Source of the DNA: Candidatus Staskawiczbacteria bacterium
GTDB taxonomy: Bacteria > Patescibacteriota > Minisyncoccia > Minisyncoccales > Staskawiczbacteraceae
Direction of reading: 5' to 3'
Assembly (NCBI GenBank): GCA_943354455.1
Contig: CALRCB010000002.1
Span: 1-35,053, forward strand
DNA: 35,053 nt
Below, one piece after another: positions 18,095-25,687 of this stretch (the first letter of the stretch is position 1; each line of letters opens with the position of its first letter). A program made the translations under genes and the position numbers. Below the pieces are notes generated by a model, which worked only from the letters and a program-made list of their open reading frames with translations, did not search any database and was not told the origin of the DNA.

Positions 18095-21000
18095 TTATTT
18101 TGTAAGAGTCTGTGAATCAAGTGGGAGTGTTCTGACTAGGAAATCATTACTCCAGTCAAGTACGGTTGTGCTTGCAATATCGTGTCCTGAGCCTGATACA
18201 TCAGACCAAATGAAGGATGGAGATAATCCATATCCTGCATATGTCTCAGCAAAAGATCCAGAAGCAGCTACTGCTGTGTAATCATCAGAAACAGCAAATA
18301 CCGAAGGCGAAGCGATGCTAGTAGTAATGTAATCAGTTGTAACAAGTGTACCAGCTACTGTTGCCTTTAAGAGGTAGTTTACTGACCCTGAAACCTGTTG
18401 TTCAATCGTAGGAACAAACTGTAAGCGACATGTAAGAAGTGTTGCTACACAAGTAGCAGCATTGGCTGTATCGCGAACTGTTGCTGTTCCTGCAATCTGA
18501 GTGTTTGAGTCAGCATTCCATAATGAGAATGCAGCACCGTTGGCAATAGTTGGAGCGCTAGTCTTAGTTAGACTAAAGATAATTCTTTCCCATCCAACTG
18601 TACCTGTTCCACTTGTGCTGATTGAGAACTTAGATAGTGTATTCGTTCCAGCAACAAGAGCTGTAGTAGGAAGAGATACAAGAGCTAGTGCAGGAATTGA
18701 CTTGTATGTGTACTGAGCAGTTCCAGCAGGATTGCTTTCGGTAATCGTAGCTGAAGTACCAGCACCATTAGTTGCAGTTCCTGCAGTTAGAGTAACAAGT
18801 GTTGAAGCACCTGTTGAGCCCGCACCCACTCCAACTGTACCAAGATCAAGCTTTACAGTAAGAATCTTAGTTTGACCAGAAGGAACGACCCATGTCAAAC
18901 CATTGAAGGTTGTGGTGGTCGCTGCTGCTTTTTGTGCAATTTCGGTTATACCATCAAACAATCTCATTGTTGATGATGTCGTGACATCAGCAACTGTAAA
19001 CGTAAGATCCGTTAGTGTGTAAGCATCAGTGATAGCAACGAATTTAAATGCTGCCATTGTCTTTGTGCCATTATCATCATTTATAGATGCATCAGGTCGT
19101 GAAGCATCTTGTGTAGCTGTAATAGAACCTGCGTTGGCAGTGATAACTTGACCATCAACCATAGTGGCGGTTGTTGAAGCTACAGAAGAAAGAGCTCCCA
19201 CTCCACTTACGGTCATTTCAGCCTTAATTGAATCAGCTGCTGTAATAGTAGAGCCGATAGTTGACCATATTTCAAGATTCATAGTTCCATTTTTAACAAG
19301 AAGTTTGGTTATTGAATATGTATCACCAGTAGCTGAAACTGTTCCCTTTGGAGAACCAATAACAACACCGTTTATCTTAAGTATTACATCTGTAAGATCT
19401 GCTGCTGCAAAAGTAGCATTCGTGACAGAAGTAAAGTTCACAGCAACTGTGTCAAGATTTACATCTTCAACATTGTTTCCATCCAAAGTGAAGGAAGCAA
19501 GTTTGTAAGATGAAGTCTGAGGAACAGCTGTCGTCTGAGCAGCATAAGTTGCTGTCGCAGCTAATGTTATAGTAGCAGAACTTGAAGCAGTCAAAGTGTT
19601 TCCACTTATATCAGCTGCAGGAACTGTAATATATCCAAGTGATGAAAGACGTTGTGTGTTGTTTGTTGATGTGACCAATTTACCTGTGAATGTATCACCA
19701 GCTGTGACATGGTTTGTACCATCATTGTCAAAGATATCAGCACGGATTTCAAGAGTCGCAGGCATACCAGCAGCTAATGTGTAATTAGTTGTGTATGTTG
19801 TTCCAGCAAGTACCAATGTAGCTGTTGAACCAACCTGTGCACCATTGATCATAATACGACCGTTTCGAAGTGAAGCGATAGAACCATCAGATGTTGTGAA
19901 ACCAGCTTTAATGTTTTCAATCTTCAAAGATTCACCGTAAGTAGTAAGAGTGTATTTTGCAAGTACTACATCGTTACCACTTACAATAGTGTTTCCTGAA
20001 GGTGAATCAGAAGTCTTTTGTACTGTAACTGAACCAGAATTGATTGAAGTTGCAGCTACGGGACTTGCTGGGAAGTTACCAGAACTAAATGTAGAGGAAA
20101 TTCCTGAATTGTATTGGCTATCCAAAAAACCAACGTCCGTCTTATTGCGAATTGAGAATTGGAAAGTTCTTGAAGAACCACCATTCACATCAGCAAGTAC
20201 TTTAACTACGCGTGTACCAGTTGCAAGTAATTTTGGAGTAGCAAGAACAAATGTTGCGTAACCATCTGAATCTAGGTTTTCGACTGTTGCTACAGTTACA
20301 CCGTCAACCATAAGTCTAAAGTTGGCAATGTCTCCAGTGTTGACTGAGCCAATTTGACGCATAGCTAAACGACTAAATGTAACCTCGCGAGTACCAATGC
20401 TGACACTGCTGTTGAAAACCACAACATCCTTGGCTGGGTCAATTGAACCAGCTGTTGGAGTGATAGTTCCAAAGTCTACAGTAGCTGCATTAGTTGTTAT
20501 TGCAACATAGTGTAAATTACCAGCAATGTTTACAGGAGATATAACTCCACCTGATGTAACACTGGTAAGGCTAAGATTAATACTATACGGAGTATCGGTG
20601 CTAACAATTTCAGCAATTATTGAAATTGTTTTTGATCCTGACACAGTAAACAATCCTGCATTATTGTTGAATGTAGCTGTACTGTCTGAATTTAAAGATG
20701 CTCCATCTGTCAAACGAGTTGCGCCATCATACAAGTATACGTTTGGCACCGCATTGTTTGAAGAAACACCTGATCGCGTCAACTTCAATGATGTAACTGT
20801 TCCATTACCTGTGAAAGTATATTTCGCAAATAAGAAACCAGTTGAAGGAGATACGACTGTTCCAGAAGCTGGATTATTAACTGCAAGCATAACGCTTACT
20901 GGGCCAGTTGTTGTGGTTGGGGCGGTTGGAGTTGAAGGTGATGTGCTCACCAATGAATTTGCCTTTGCCCTTGAAAGGGGACCAAATCGATTTGCGGATG

Positions 21001-21349
21001 TAATCCCGTTTGCCGTCTGCCATTTTTGAACAGCTGCTAAGGTTTTTGGACCAAAGTTAACTGTTTCATTGCCAAGCGAACCTGCTCCCGACATTGCCAC
21101 TTGGTATCCCCAAGCATTCAAATCCTTTTGCAACCACATTACATCATCACCTGTTGAACCAACTTGTAGGTTCCTTGTATAGGTGTGGCTAACTGTAGTG
21201 CTTGGTCCTTGCATTGTATTCAATTGAGCCATCAAAGCATTAACTTGTGCTTGAAGTTCTTCAACTGTAGCAGCGCCAACTGTAGGAGCAATCATGGCAA
21301 CCATAGTCAAAGCGACTGTAGCTGTTATAATTGTTTTTTTAATATTCAT
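18095..21349 (-). CDS. Large secreted Thr/Ser/Ala-rich surface protein with N-terminal peptidoglycan-binding domain (S-layer-like)
   Basis: Signal peptide ending TVGA; short coiled coil; RNLQVGSTGDDVMWLQKDL...FGPKTLAAVQKWQ; long beta-rich body. Confidence 0.85.
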   Translation of the reverse strand: MNIKKTIITATVALTMVAMIAPTVGAATVEELQAQVNALMAQLNTMQGPSTTVSHTYTRNLQVGSTGDDVMWLQKDLNAWGYQVAMSGAGSLGNETVNFGPKTLAAVQKWQTANGITSANRFGPLSRAKANSLVSTSPSTPTAPTTTTGPVSVMLAVNNPASGTVVSPSTGFLFAKYTFTGNGTVTSLKLTRSGVSSNNAVPNVYLYDGATRLTDGASLNSDSTATFNNNAGLFTVSGSKTISIIAEIVSTDTPYSINLSLTSVTSGGVISPVNIAGNLHYVAITTNAATVDFGTITPTAGSIDPAKDVVVFNSSVSIGTREVTFSRLAMRQIGSVNTGDIANFRLMVDGVTVATVENLDSDGYATFVLATPKLLATGTRVVKVLADVNGGSSRTFQFSIRNKTDVGFLDSQYNSGISSTFSSGNFPASPVAATSINSGSVTVQKTSDSPSGNTIVSGNDVVLAKYTLTTYGESLKIENIKAGFTTSDGSIASLRNGRIMINGAQVGSTATLVLAGTTYTTNYTLAAGMPATLEIRADIFDNDGTNHVTAGDTFTGKLVTSTNNTQRLSSLGYITVPAADISGNTLTASSSATITLAATATYAAQTTAVPQTSSYKLASFTLDGNNVEDVNLDTVAVNFTSVTNATFAAADLTDVILKINGVVIGSPKGTVSATGDTYSITKLLVKNGTMNLEIWSTIGSTITAADSIKAEMTVSGVGALSSVASTTATMVDGQVITANAGSITATQDASRPDASINDDNGTKTMAAFKFVAITDAYTLTDLTFTVADVTTSSTMRLFDGITEIAQKAAATTTTFNGLTWVVPSGQTKILTVKLDLGTVGVGAGSTGASTLVTLTAGTATNGAGTSATITESNPAGTAQYTYKSIPALALVSLPTTALVAGTNTLSKFSISTSGTGTVGWERIIFSLTKTSAPTIANGAAFSLWNADSNTQIAGTATVRDTANAATCVATLLTCRLQFVPTIEQQVSGSVNYLLKATVAGTLVTTDYITTSIASPSVFAVSDDYTAVAASGSFAETYAGYGLSPSFIWSDVSGSGHDIASTTVLDWSNDFLVRTLPLDSQTLTK

Positions 21350-21398
21350 TTTTTTATTGTTTTTTTGTTAAATTATATTTTTATTAATTACCATCGGT

Positions 21399-21405
21399 CG
21401 ACCTT
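21399..21405 (-). promoter_or_regulatory. AAGGTCG leader motif, copy 3
   Basis: Plus strand CGACCTT, 49 nt before ATG 21349; the region between is A/T-rich with no SD. Confidence 0.5.
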
Positions 21406-21411
21406 AATAAT

Positions 21412-21539
21412 GTCCAATTAAACCCCCAGAAATTCGGGAGCTCGCAAAGCGAGCTTTGTAGTATTAATTTTCGCGGTTTTACGTATTAACAACGAATTTT
21501 AATTCGTTAAAACTTACCTCGCGAACAATTTAATTGGAC
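21412..21539 (-). ncRNA. Candidate structured leader RNA with a multi-stem junction
   Basis: 11-bp closing stem 21412-21422/21529-21539; inner helices 21439-21455, 21470-21475/21520-21525 and 21491-21508. Confidence 0.55.
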
Positions 21540-21560
21540 TGCGACTTGTCAAATTTTTAA

Positions 21561-22283
21561 TTAATTGGCCACGCCAGCACTACTAGCACTCAGTATTATC
21601 AAATCTCTTAAGGCCTTACCAGAATCCATATCTTCGTTATAAGCTTTTTCAATCCTATTAAACTCATTTTGTCCATCTTCAGTATATGTCACATCCTTAC
21701 CGTCTTTAAATATTTGCTTTACCAAAGCATCAACGGGTGCGCCCAAAGCTTCTTTTAAATCTTCGCCTCCTCCGGGAATATTAAAAATTGTTTTACTGTT
21801 ATTTACTTCCAATGCAACCTTCTTCGCCAATTTTGGATTTTTTTGTATACTGTTAGTTAATATCTTAGAAGCAACTTTTACTTGTTCTATGGCTACATTA
21901 AGATTTTGTGATTTATTCTTAACGGCGTCGGATAAAATTTGTGATTTTAATTGAAATTCTTTTATGCTATCTTTTAATGTATTCACCGCAATTATATCTG
22001 TATTATAATTAAGAGAAGCAACTTGCACTACATCATTTATCTGATAATTCAGCAAACCAGCAGTACCAATAAAAACAAATAATAGTGTTGCAAAAGCAAA
22101 GGCTAATCTCTTTTGAGCGAACAGCTCCACAATATTTGAAAAACTCACCTTAGAAACAGGATTTGACACTTCTTTTTTAACGTTAAACATCGCTGTCTTA
22201 GACAAAGACACCCACTCTGCGTTAGGCTTAATTTTCTTCAATTCATTGAGCTTATAAATAAGTTGTTGTTCTGTCATTATCAT
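21561..22283 (-). CDS. Putative single-pass membrane anti-sigma factor
   Basis: Directly downstream of the ECF sigma; short cytoplasmic N-terminus (LNELKKIKPNAEW), one TM helix, helical extracellular domain. Confidence 0.65.
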   Translation of the reverse strand: MIMTEQQLIYKLNELKKIKPNAEWVSLSKTAMFNVKKEVSNPVSKVSFSNIVELFAQKRLAFAFATLLFVFIGTAGLLNYQINDVVQVASLNYNTDIIAVNTLKDSIKEFQLKSQILSDAVKNKSQNLNVAIEQVKVASKILTNSIQKNPKLAKKVALEVNNSKTIFNIPGGGEDLKEALGAPVDALVKQIFKDGKDVTYTEDGQNEFNRIEKAYNEDMDSGKALRDLIILSASSAGVAN

Positions 22284-22298
22284 GTTGATTATAATGAT

Positions 22299-22324
22299 GA
22301 CGCAAAAATGGTTAATTTGTTACA
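22299..22324 (-). promoter_or_regulatory. ECF-type promoter in front of the anti-sigma gene
   Basis: TGTAAC (22324-22319), N16, CGTC (22302-22299); matches the B. subtilis SigX/SigW/SigM-type AAC-N16-CGT consensus. Confidence 0.7.
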
Positions 22325-22327
22325 ATT

Positions 22328-22834
22328 TTAAGATTCCTGACTCAATTCTCCTCTCAACATTTCCAGCCCCCTATGAATCATAACTCTTACGGTGCCAGCG
22401 GGCTTACCGATTAATATCGAAATTTCTTCAGCCGGCATATCTTCTAAATAATACCAAATTAGCACATTCTGATAATTTTCTTTTAACTTACCAATGGCTG
22501 ATTTTATTCCTTCCATATCCGCATCTAAAACCGCCTTATCGTATATATTTGTCTTATGGTCAACCGCTTGCGCGATATTATCAACTGAAACCGTCTTTGA
22601 TTTACCCTTCTCTCTGTAATAATCAACTGTCGTATTCCTAGCAATCTGATACAAAAATGCCCCAGGGTTTTTGATATTAGGTTGTTTTTTAAAGGCTTCC
22701 CAGCCATTCAAAAACACCTTAGAAGTCAAATCTTGGGCAATTTCCTCTGAATTTACCCTCAAGTAAACAAAACGATATATTTTTTCAATATATTCATCAT
22801 AAATATGACTAAATTGTTCTTTACTGCTATTCAT
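22328..22834 (-). CDS. ECF-family RNA polymerase sigma factor
   Basis: Region 2 (IYRFVYLRV, AQDLTSKVF, FLYQIARNTTVDYYR) and region 4 (EEISILIGKPAGTVRVMIHRG); 168 aa. Confidence 0.96.
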   Translation of the reverse strand: MNSSKEQFSHIYDEYIEKIYRFVYLRVNSEEIAQDLTSKVFLNGWEAFKKQPNIKNPGAFLYQIARNTTVDYYREKGKSKTVSVDNIAQAVDHKTNIYDKAVLDADMEGIKSAIGKLKENYQNVLIWYYLEDMPAEEISILIGKPAGTVRVMIHRGLEMLRGELSQES

Positions 22835-22847
22835 TAATTGAGCGTTA

Positions 22848-22876
22848 ATTATAGCTTAAATATTCAATAAAGTCAA
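22848..22876 (-). promoter_or_regulatory. Sigma70 promoter of the ECF sigma gene
   Basis: TTGACT (22876-22871), N17, TATAAT (22853-22848). Confidence 0.8.
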
Positions 22877-22878
22877 TA

Positions 22879-22921
22879 ATTTGATAGGACATTTGATAGG
22901 ACATACTTATAGTTAGGACAT
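22879..22921. repeat. Direct repeats, candidate operator
   Basis: ATTTGATAGGAC twice in tandem (22879-22902); core TAGGACAT at 22885, 22897 and 22914. Confidence 0.8.
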
Positions 22922-23422
22922 TTTTTGATAAAACACCTGATTCCATTCACCTGCCCTAGATATTTTGCCTCTTTTCAGTAAATCATCCAAATCCCTCCTA
23001 ATAGTTCGCTTAGTTACCTTGGGCAACTCTTTAATGAAATCGGACACTTGAGCATTCTCTTTTTTATTTAATATTTCTAAAATCTTGCTCTGCCTTTGAG
23101 AATATTTTTCAATCCTATCATATTTGACGGACGACTTGGCAATATCTTTTGGAATTTCAATATTATCTTTCATTTTTTGATACTCTTTAGTGATTATCAA
23201 AAAATTCATACTGCTTATCCACCCCTGACCAAAACCAACCTTAAGATAATTTTCCAAAACCGCAATATCGTCTGATGCTTGCAAAAAATTTTGAAGTGTC
23301 AGATTTTCTAATATCGCTAAAACCTTTTCTTTTGCCAGATTTTTAAGCGGATCAGAGTCCGGTAAAAAATCTAAAATTTTATAAATAATACTCATTGTTT
23401 TCACAAAATCATCATCTGCCAT
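22913..23422 (-). CDS. Regulator with helical N-terminal domain and C-terminal DeoR-type winged HTH
   Basis: RQSKILEILNKKENAQVSDFIKELPKVTKRTIRRDLDDLLKRGKISRAG. ATG 23422 fits the promoter better than TTG 23428. Confidence 0.88.
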   Translation of the reverse strand: MADDDFVKTMSIIYKILDFLPDSDPLKNLAKEKVLAILENLTLQNFLQASDDIAVLENYLKVGFGQGWISSMNFLIITKEYQKMKDNIEIPKDIAKSSVKYDRIEKYSQRQSKILEILNKKENAQVSDFIKELPKVTKRTIRRDLDDLLKRGKISRAGEWNQVFYQKMS

Positions 23423-23431
23423 AATCAATAA

Positions 23432-23460
23432 AGTTTACCAAAAAAAAACATCAAAGTCAA
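23432..23460 (-). promoter_or_regulatory. Sigma70 promoter of the wHTH regulator
   Basis: TTGACT (23460-23455), N17, TGgTAAACT (hexamer 23437-23432). Confidence 0.7.
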
Positions 23461-23468
23461 AAATTACG

Positions 23469-24815
23469 CTATGGCAAGGGAGGCGGGGTGTCAGTAGGCG
23501 CAGTTGGAGTATCGGCAGTTGGAATATATTCATCCATTAAAATTTTACTGGCGTTATATAAAAGGACGTTATTGCCAGACGCAATTGAAAAAGTTTTTCC
23601 CGAGTATCGTAAATCTGGTTCGGTCAAACCCATATAATTTTTTGTCCCATCATCATTATTCTGAGGGGCAATTAAAAAATACCCTTGCGCCAATATGGTC
23701 CCCATAAAACTACTGGCACTCACCAGATTACTTTCGGATCCGCTAGTAGTTTTCTTTTTTAACGCAAAGCCGGCTAAATCCACATTGACCTCATTGGGAT
23801 TAAAAAGTTCCACAAATTCATCTTTAACGGTAACTCCCTCGGTTTGCACCTGGCTAATTAAGATATTTTCTATCGGAATTTCAATAACCGGTGGCGGGGC
23901 AACATACACCAAATTTTGAGCGGTAGGCGTTGGAATATTAATCTCAAAATCCACTAAATTATTATCGGCATCTACTTCATTATTGTCCACAAATTTTCGG
24001 CCAATGCTTTGGTCAGCTGGCGGATTTATCGCAGAAGCAATTTCAAAATCAGAAGCATTTCCAAAGCCCACCTTGTCTGAAATTTCTCCATTAGGATTTT
24101 TCAGTGCCAAAGAATTGTCATCGGTTAAAGCACTAGTAACAGTAATATTGCTGGCATAATTCGTACCATCCCGCGCAATTAAAAAGTACCCCTTGGCACT
24201 TATTTTTTTGCCAATAAACAAGGTACTGGAAGCAAATGATGAAAAACTATCAGCTGTTTTAGTTTTGCGTTGTAAATACCAGTCAGTTAAATCAATCTCT
24301 TGGTCATTTGGGTTGTAAAGTTCCACAAATTCCTGCTGAGCATCAGTTTCACCTGAAATTTGCACCTCAGAAATAAGAACTTTTAAATAACTTTGGCGTC
24401 CGCCACCCACGGTACTGGTACGATAAATTACTGGCGCAACAATAACTTCAACTTCTTCAACTTCTTCTTGGCTAACCAGAGCAATTTCTTCTTCTTGTAC
24501 CTTTTCTAAAGCTTGTAAATCTGCAATTTGACGTTGTAAGATATCAATTTTCTCTAAAATATCGTCAATTTGGTCTTGCTTAGAGTAAACAGCAACGCTG
24601 ACTACCACTTCTTCCTCCACCGGTAACTCTTCCGGCTCGGGCGTCGGCTCAACAATCTCTATCATTTTCGGCGCAGGTAAAACATCTTGTGCCAACGAGG
24701 CCGTAAATGCATTTTTATTTTTTAATAAATCGCTGGAAAAATTAACTGAAACAAACCCAAAAACCACGAGCCCCAGCACAAAAAACAAACCGAAAATAAT
24801 TTTCCGTGTTTTCAT
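23469..24815 (-). CDS. Membrane-anchored protein with two lamin-tail domains
   Basis: N-terminal TM and acidic stalk; VLISEVQI...EFVELYNP...IDLTDWYL and ILISQVQT...EFVELFNP...VDLAGFAL; Pro/Thr tail. Confidence 0.88.
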   Translation of the reverse strand: MKTRKIIFGLFFVLGLVVFGFVSVNFSSDLLKNKNAFTASLAQDVLPAPKMIEIVEPTPEPEELPVEEEVVVSVAVYSKQDQIDDILEKIDILQRQIADLQALEKVQEEEIALVSQEEVEEVEVIVAPVIYRTSTVGGGRQSYLKVLISEVQISGETDAQQEFVELYNPNDQEIDLTDWYLQRKTKTADSFSSFASSTLFIGKKISAKGYFLIARDGTNYASNITVTSALTDDNSLALKNPNGEISDKVGFGNASDFEIASAINPPADQSIGRKFVDNNEVDADNNLVDFEINIPTPTAQNLVYVAPPPVIEIPIENILISQVQTEGVTVKDEFVELFNPNEVNVDLAGFALKKKTTSGSESNLVSASSFMGTILAQGYFLIAPQNNDDGTKNYMGLTEPDLRYSGKTFSIASGNNVLLYNASKILMDEYIPTADTPTAPTDTPPPLP

Positions 24816-24836
24816 TTAATTCGGTAATTGTACAAC

Positions 24837-24863
24837 AAAAAACCACAGACAACCTGTGGATAA
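24837..24863 (-). terminator. Terminator whose 5' arm overlaps a perfect DnaA box
   Basis: Minus strand TTAT-CCACAG-GTTGT-CTGTGG-TTTTTT; TTATCCACA at 24863-24855. Confidence 0.65.
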
Positions 24864-24867
24864 CTTT

Positions 24868-25191
24868 TTACCTTAACATGCTTCCCTGTGGGACTTCTTT
24901 ATCAGGGTGCAGTAATACTGGTTTATCATCAACCATCACCGCCAACATCATTCCATTGCTTACCAACCCCTTCAGGGTGCGCGGTTCTAAATTTACAATT
25001 ACCGGCACTTGTTTGCCCACCAAAACCGCCGGGTCATAAAATTCGGCAATTCCGGATAAAATTTGCGTGGCTTCCGTGCCACCAAAATCAAACATTATTT
25101 TCAAAAGCTTGTCGGCTCTTTCCACTTTTTCGGCAGAAATAATCGTACCAATTTTTATCTCTAATTTTTTGAAATCGTCAATTGAAATCAT
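24868..25191 (-). CDS. Stand-alone tRNA-binding OB-fold (MetRS C-terminal/Trbp111/CsaA family)
   Basis: ISIDDFKKLEIKIGTI, ADKLL, QILSGI, VNLEPRTLKGLVSNGMMLA. Confidence 0.93.
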   Translation of the reverse strand: MISIDDFKKLEIKIGTIISAEKVERADKLLKIMFDFGGTEATQILSGIAEFYDPAVLVGKQVPVIVNLEPRTLKGLVSNGMMLAVMVDDKPVLLHPDKEVPQGSMLR

Positions 25192-25291
25192 GATTATTTT
25201 TTAATGTTATAAGCTATCGACAAATCTCTAATATTCTGGTATACAGTAAATATCGTTGCACCTTTCATATTCTCTCTTTTGGGAGACTCCA

Positions 25292-25642
25292 GTGATCAGA
25301 AAACTTTTGAATTTCATTGGCGAGGTTACTGATCTACCGTGGGTACTGTGGATTTTCTGCCTTGGCAAATATTTCAGGATAAGGAAATATTTGCCAGAAG
25401 ACATTCTTGATGGGGATTTTTTCTTCAGAGTTCCAAGATTTGGAACCCCAAGAAAAATGAAAAACCTGTGTTGGCTTTGGGAATTGCATCTTGGACCAGC
25501 TCCCGTTAAAAGCTACAAAAGAGAGGAACACTACCACCGAGGTGAGTTCAAAATCGATTTTTGGACAGATCTCGAAGAGCTCACCACAGAAGAAGAAGCC
25601 TTTGAAGAGGCTGTAATAAAACTTTGCAAGTATGAAGACTAA
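25292..25642 (+). CDS. Orphan hypothetical protein (about 116 aa)
   Basis: In-frame GTG 25292 preceded by GGGAG; possible promoter TCGACA-N17-TATACA (25217-25245); terminator downstream. Confidence 0.55.
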   Translation: MIRKLLNFIGEVTDLPWVLWIFCLGKYFRIRKYLPEDILDGDFFFRVPRFGTPRKMKNLCWLWELHLGPAPVKSYKREEHYHRGEFKIDFWTDLEELTTEEEAFEEAVIKLCKYED

Positions 25643-25660
25643 GTCTTCTCGCACACATGG

Positions 25661-25687
25661 ACCTGATGCCCAGCATCAGGTTTTTTT
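25661..25687 (+). terminator. Intrinsic terminator
   Basis: ACCTGATGC-CCA-GCATCAGGT followed by a T tract that reaches the clpB stop. Confidence 0.85.

Noticed and set aside
18036..21421. Multiple plus-strand ORFs opposite the S-layer-like gene
   Set aside because: Expected antisense open frames from biased codon usage.
21524..21552. TTGACA at 21552-21547 as promoter of the S-layer-like gene
   Set aside because: No acceptable -10 hexamer at 16-18 bp spacing.
22879..22921. Repeats as a mini-CRISPR array
   Set aside because: Units are 8-12 bp with no spacers and no cas genes.
4569..24863. DnaA boxes as replication origin
   Set aside because: Single boxes 20 kb apart in short gaps; no cluster and no dnaA/dnaN nearby.
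25334..25654. 106-aa minus-strand ORF
   Set aside because: The plus-strand ORF has the SD and correctly oriented terminator; this one has neither.
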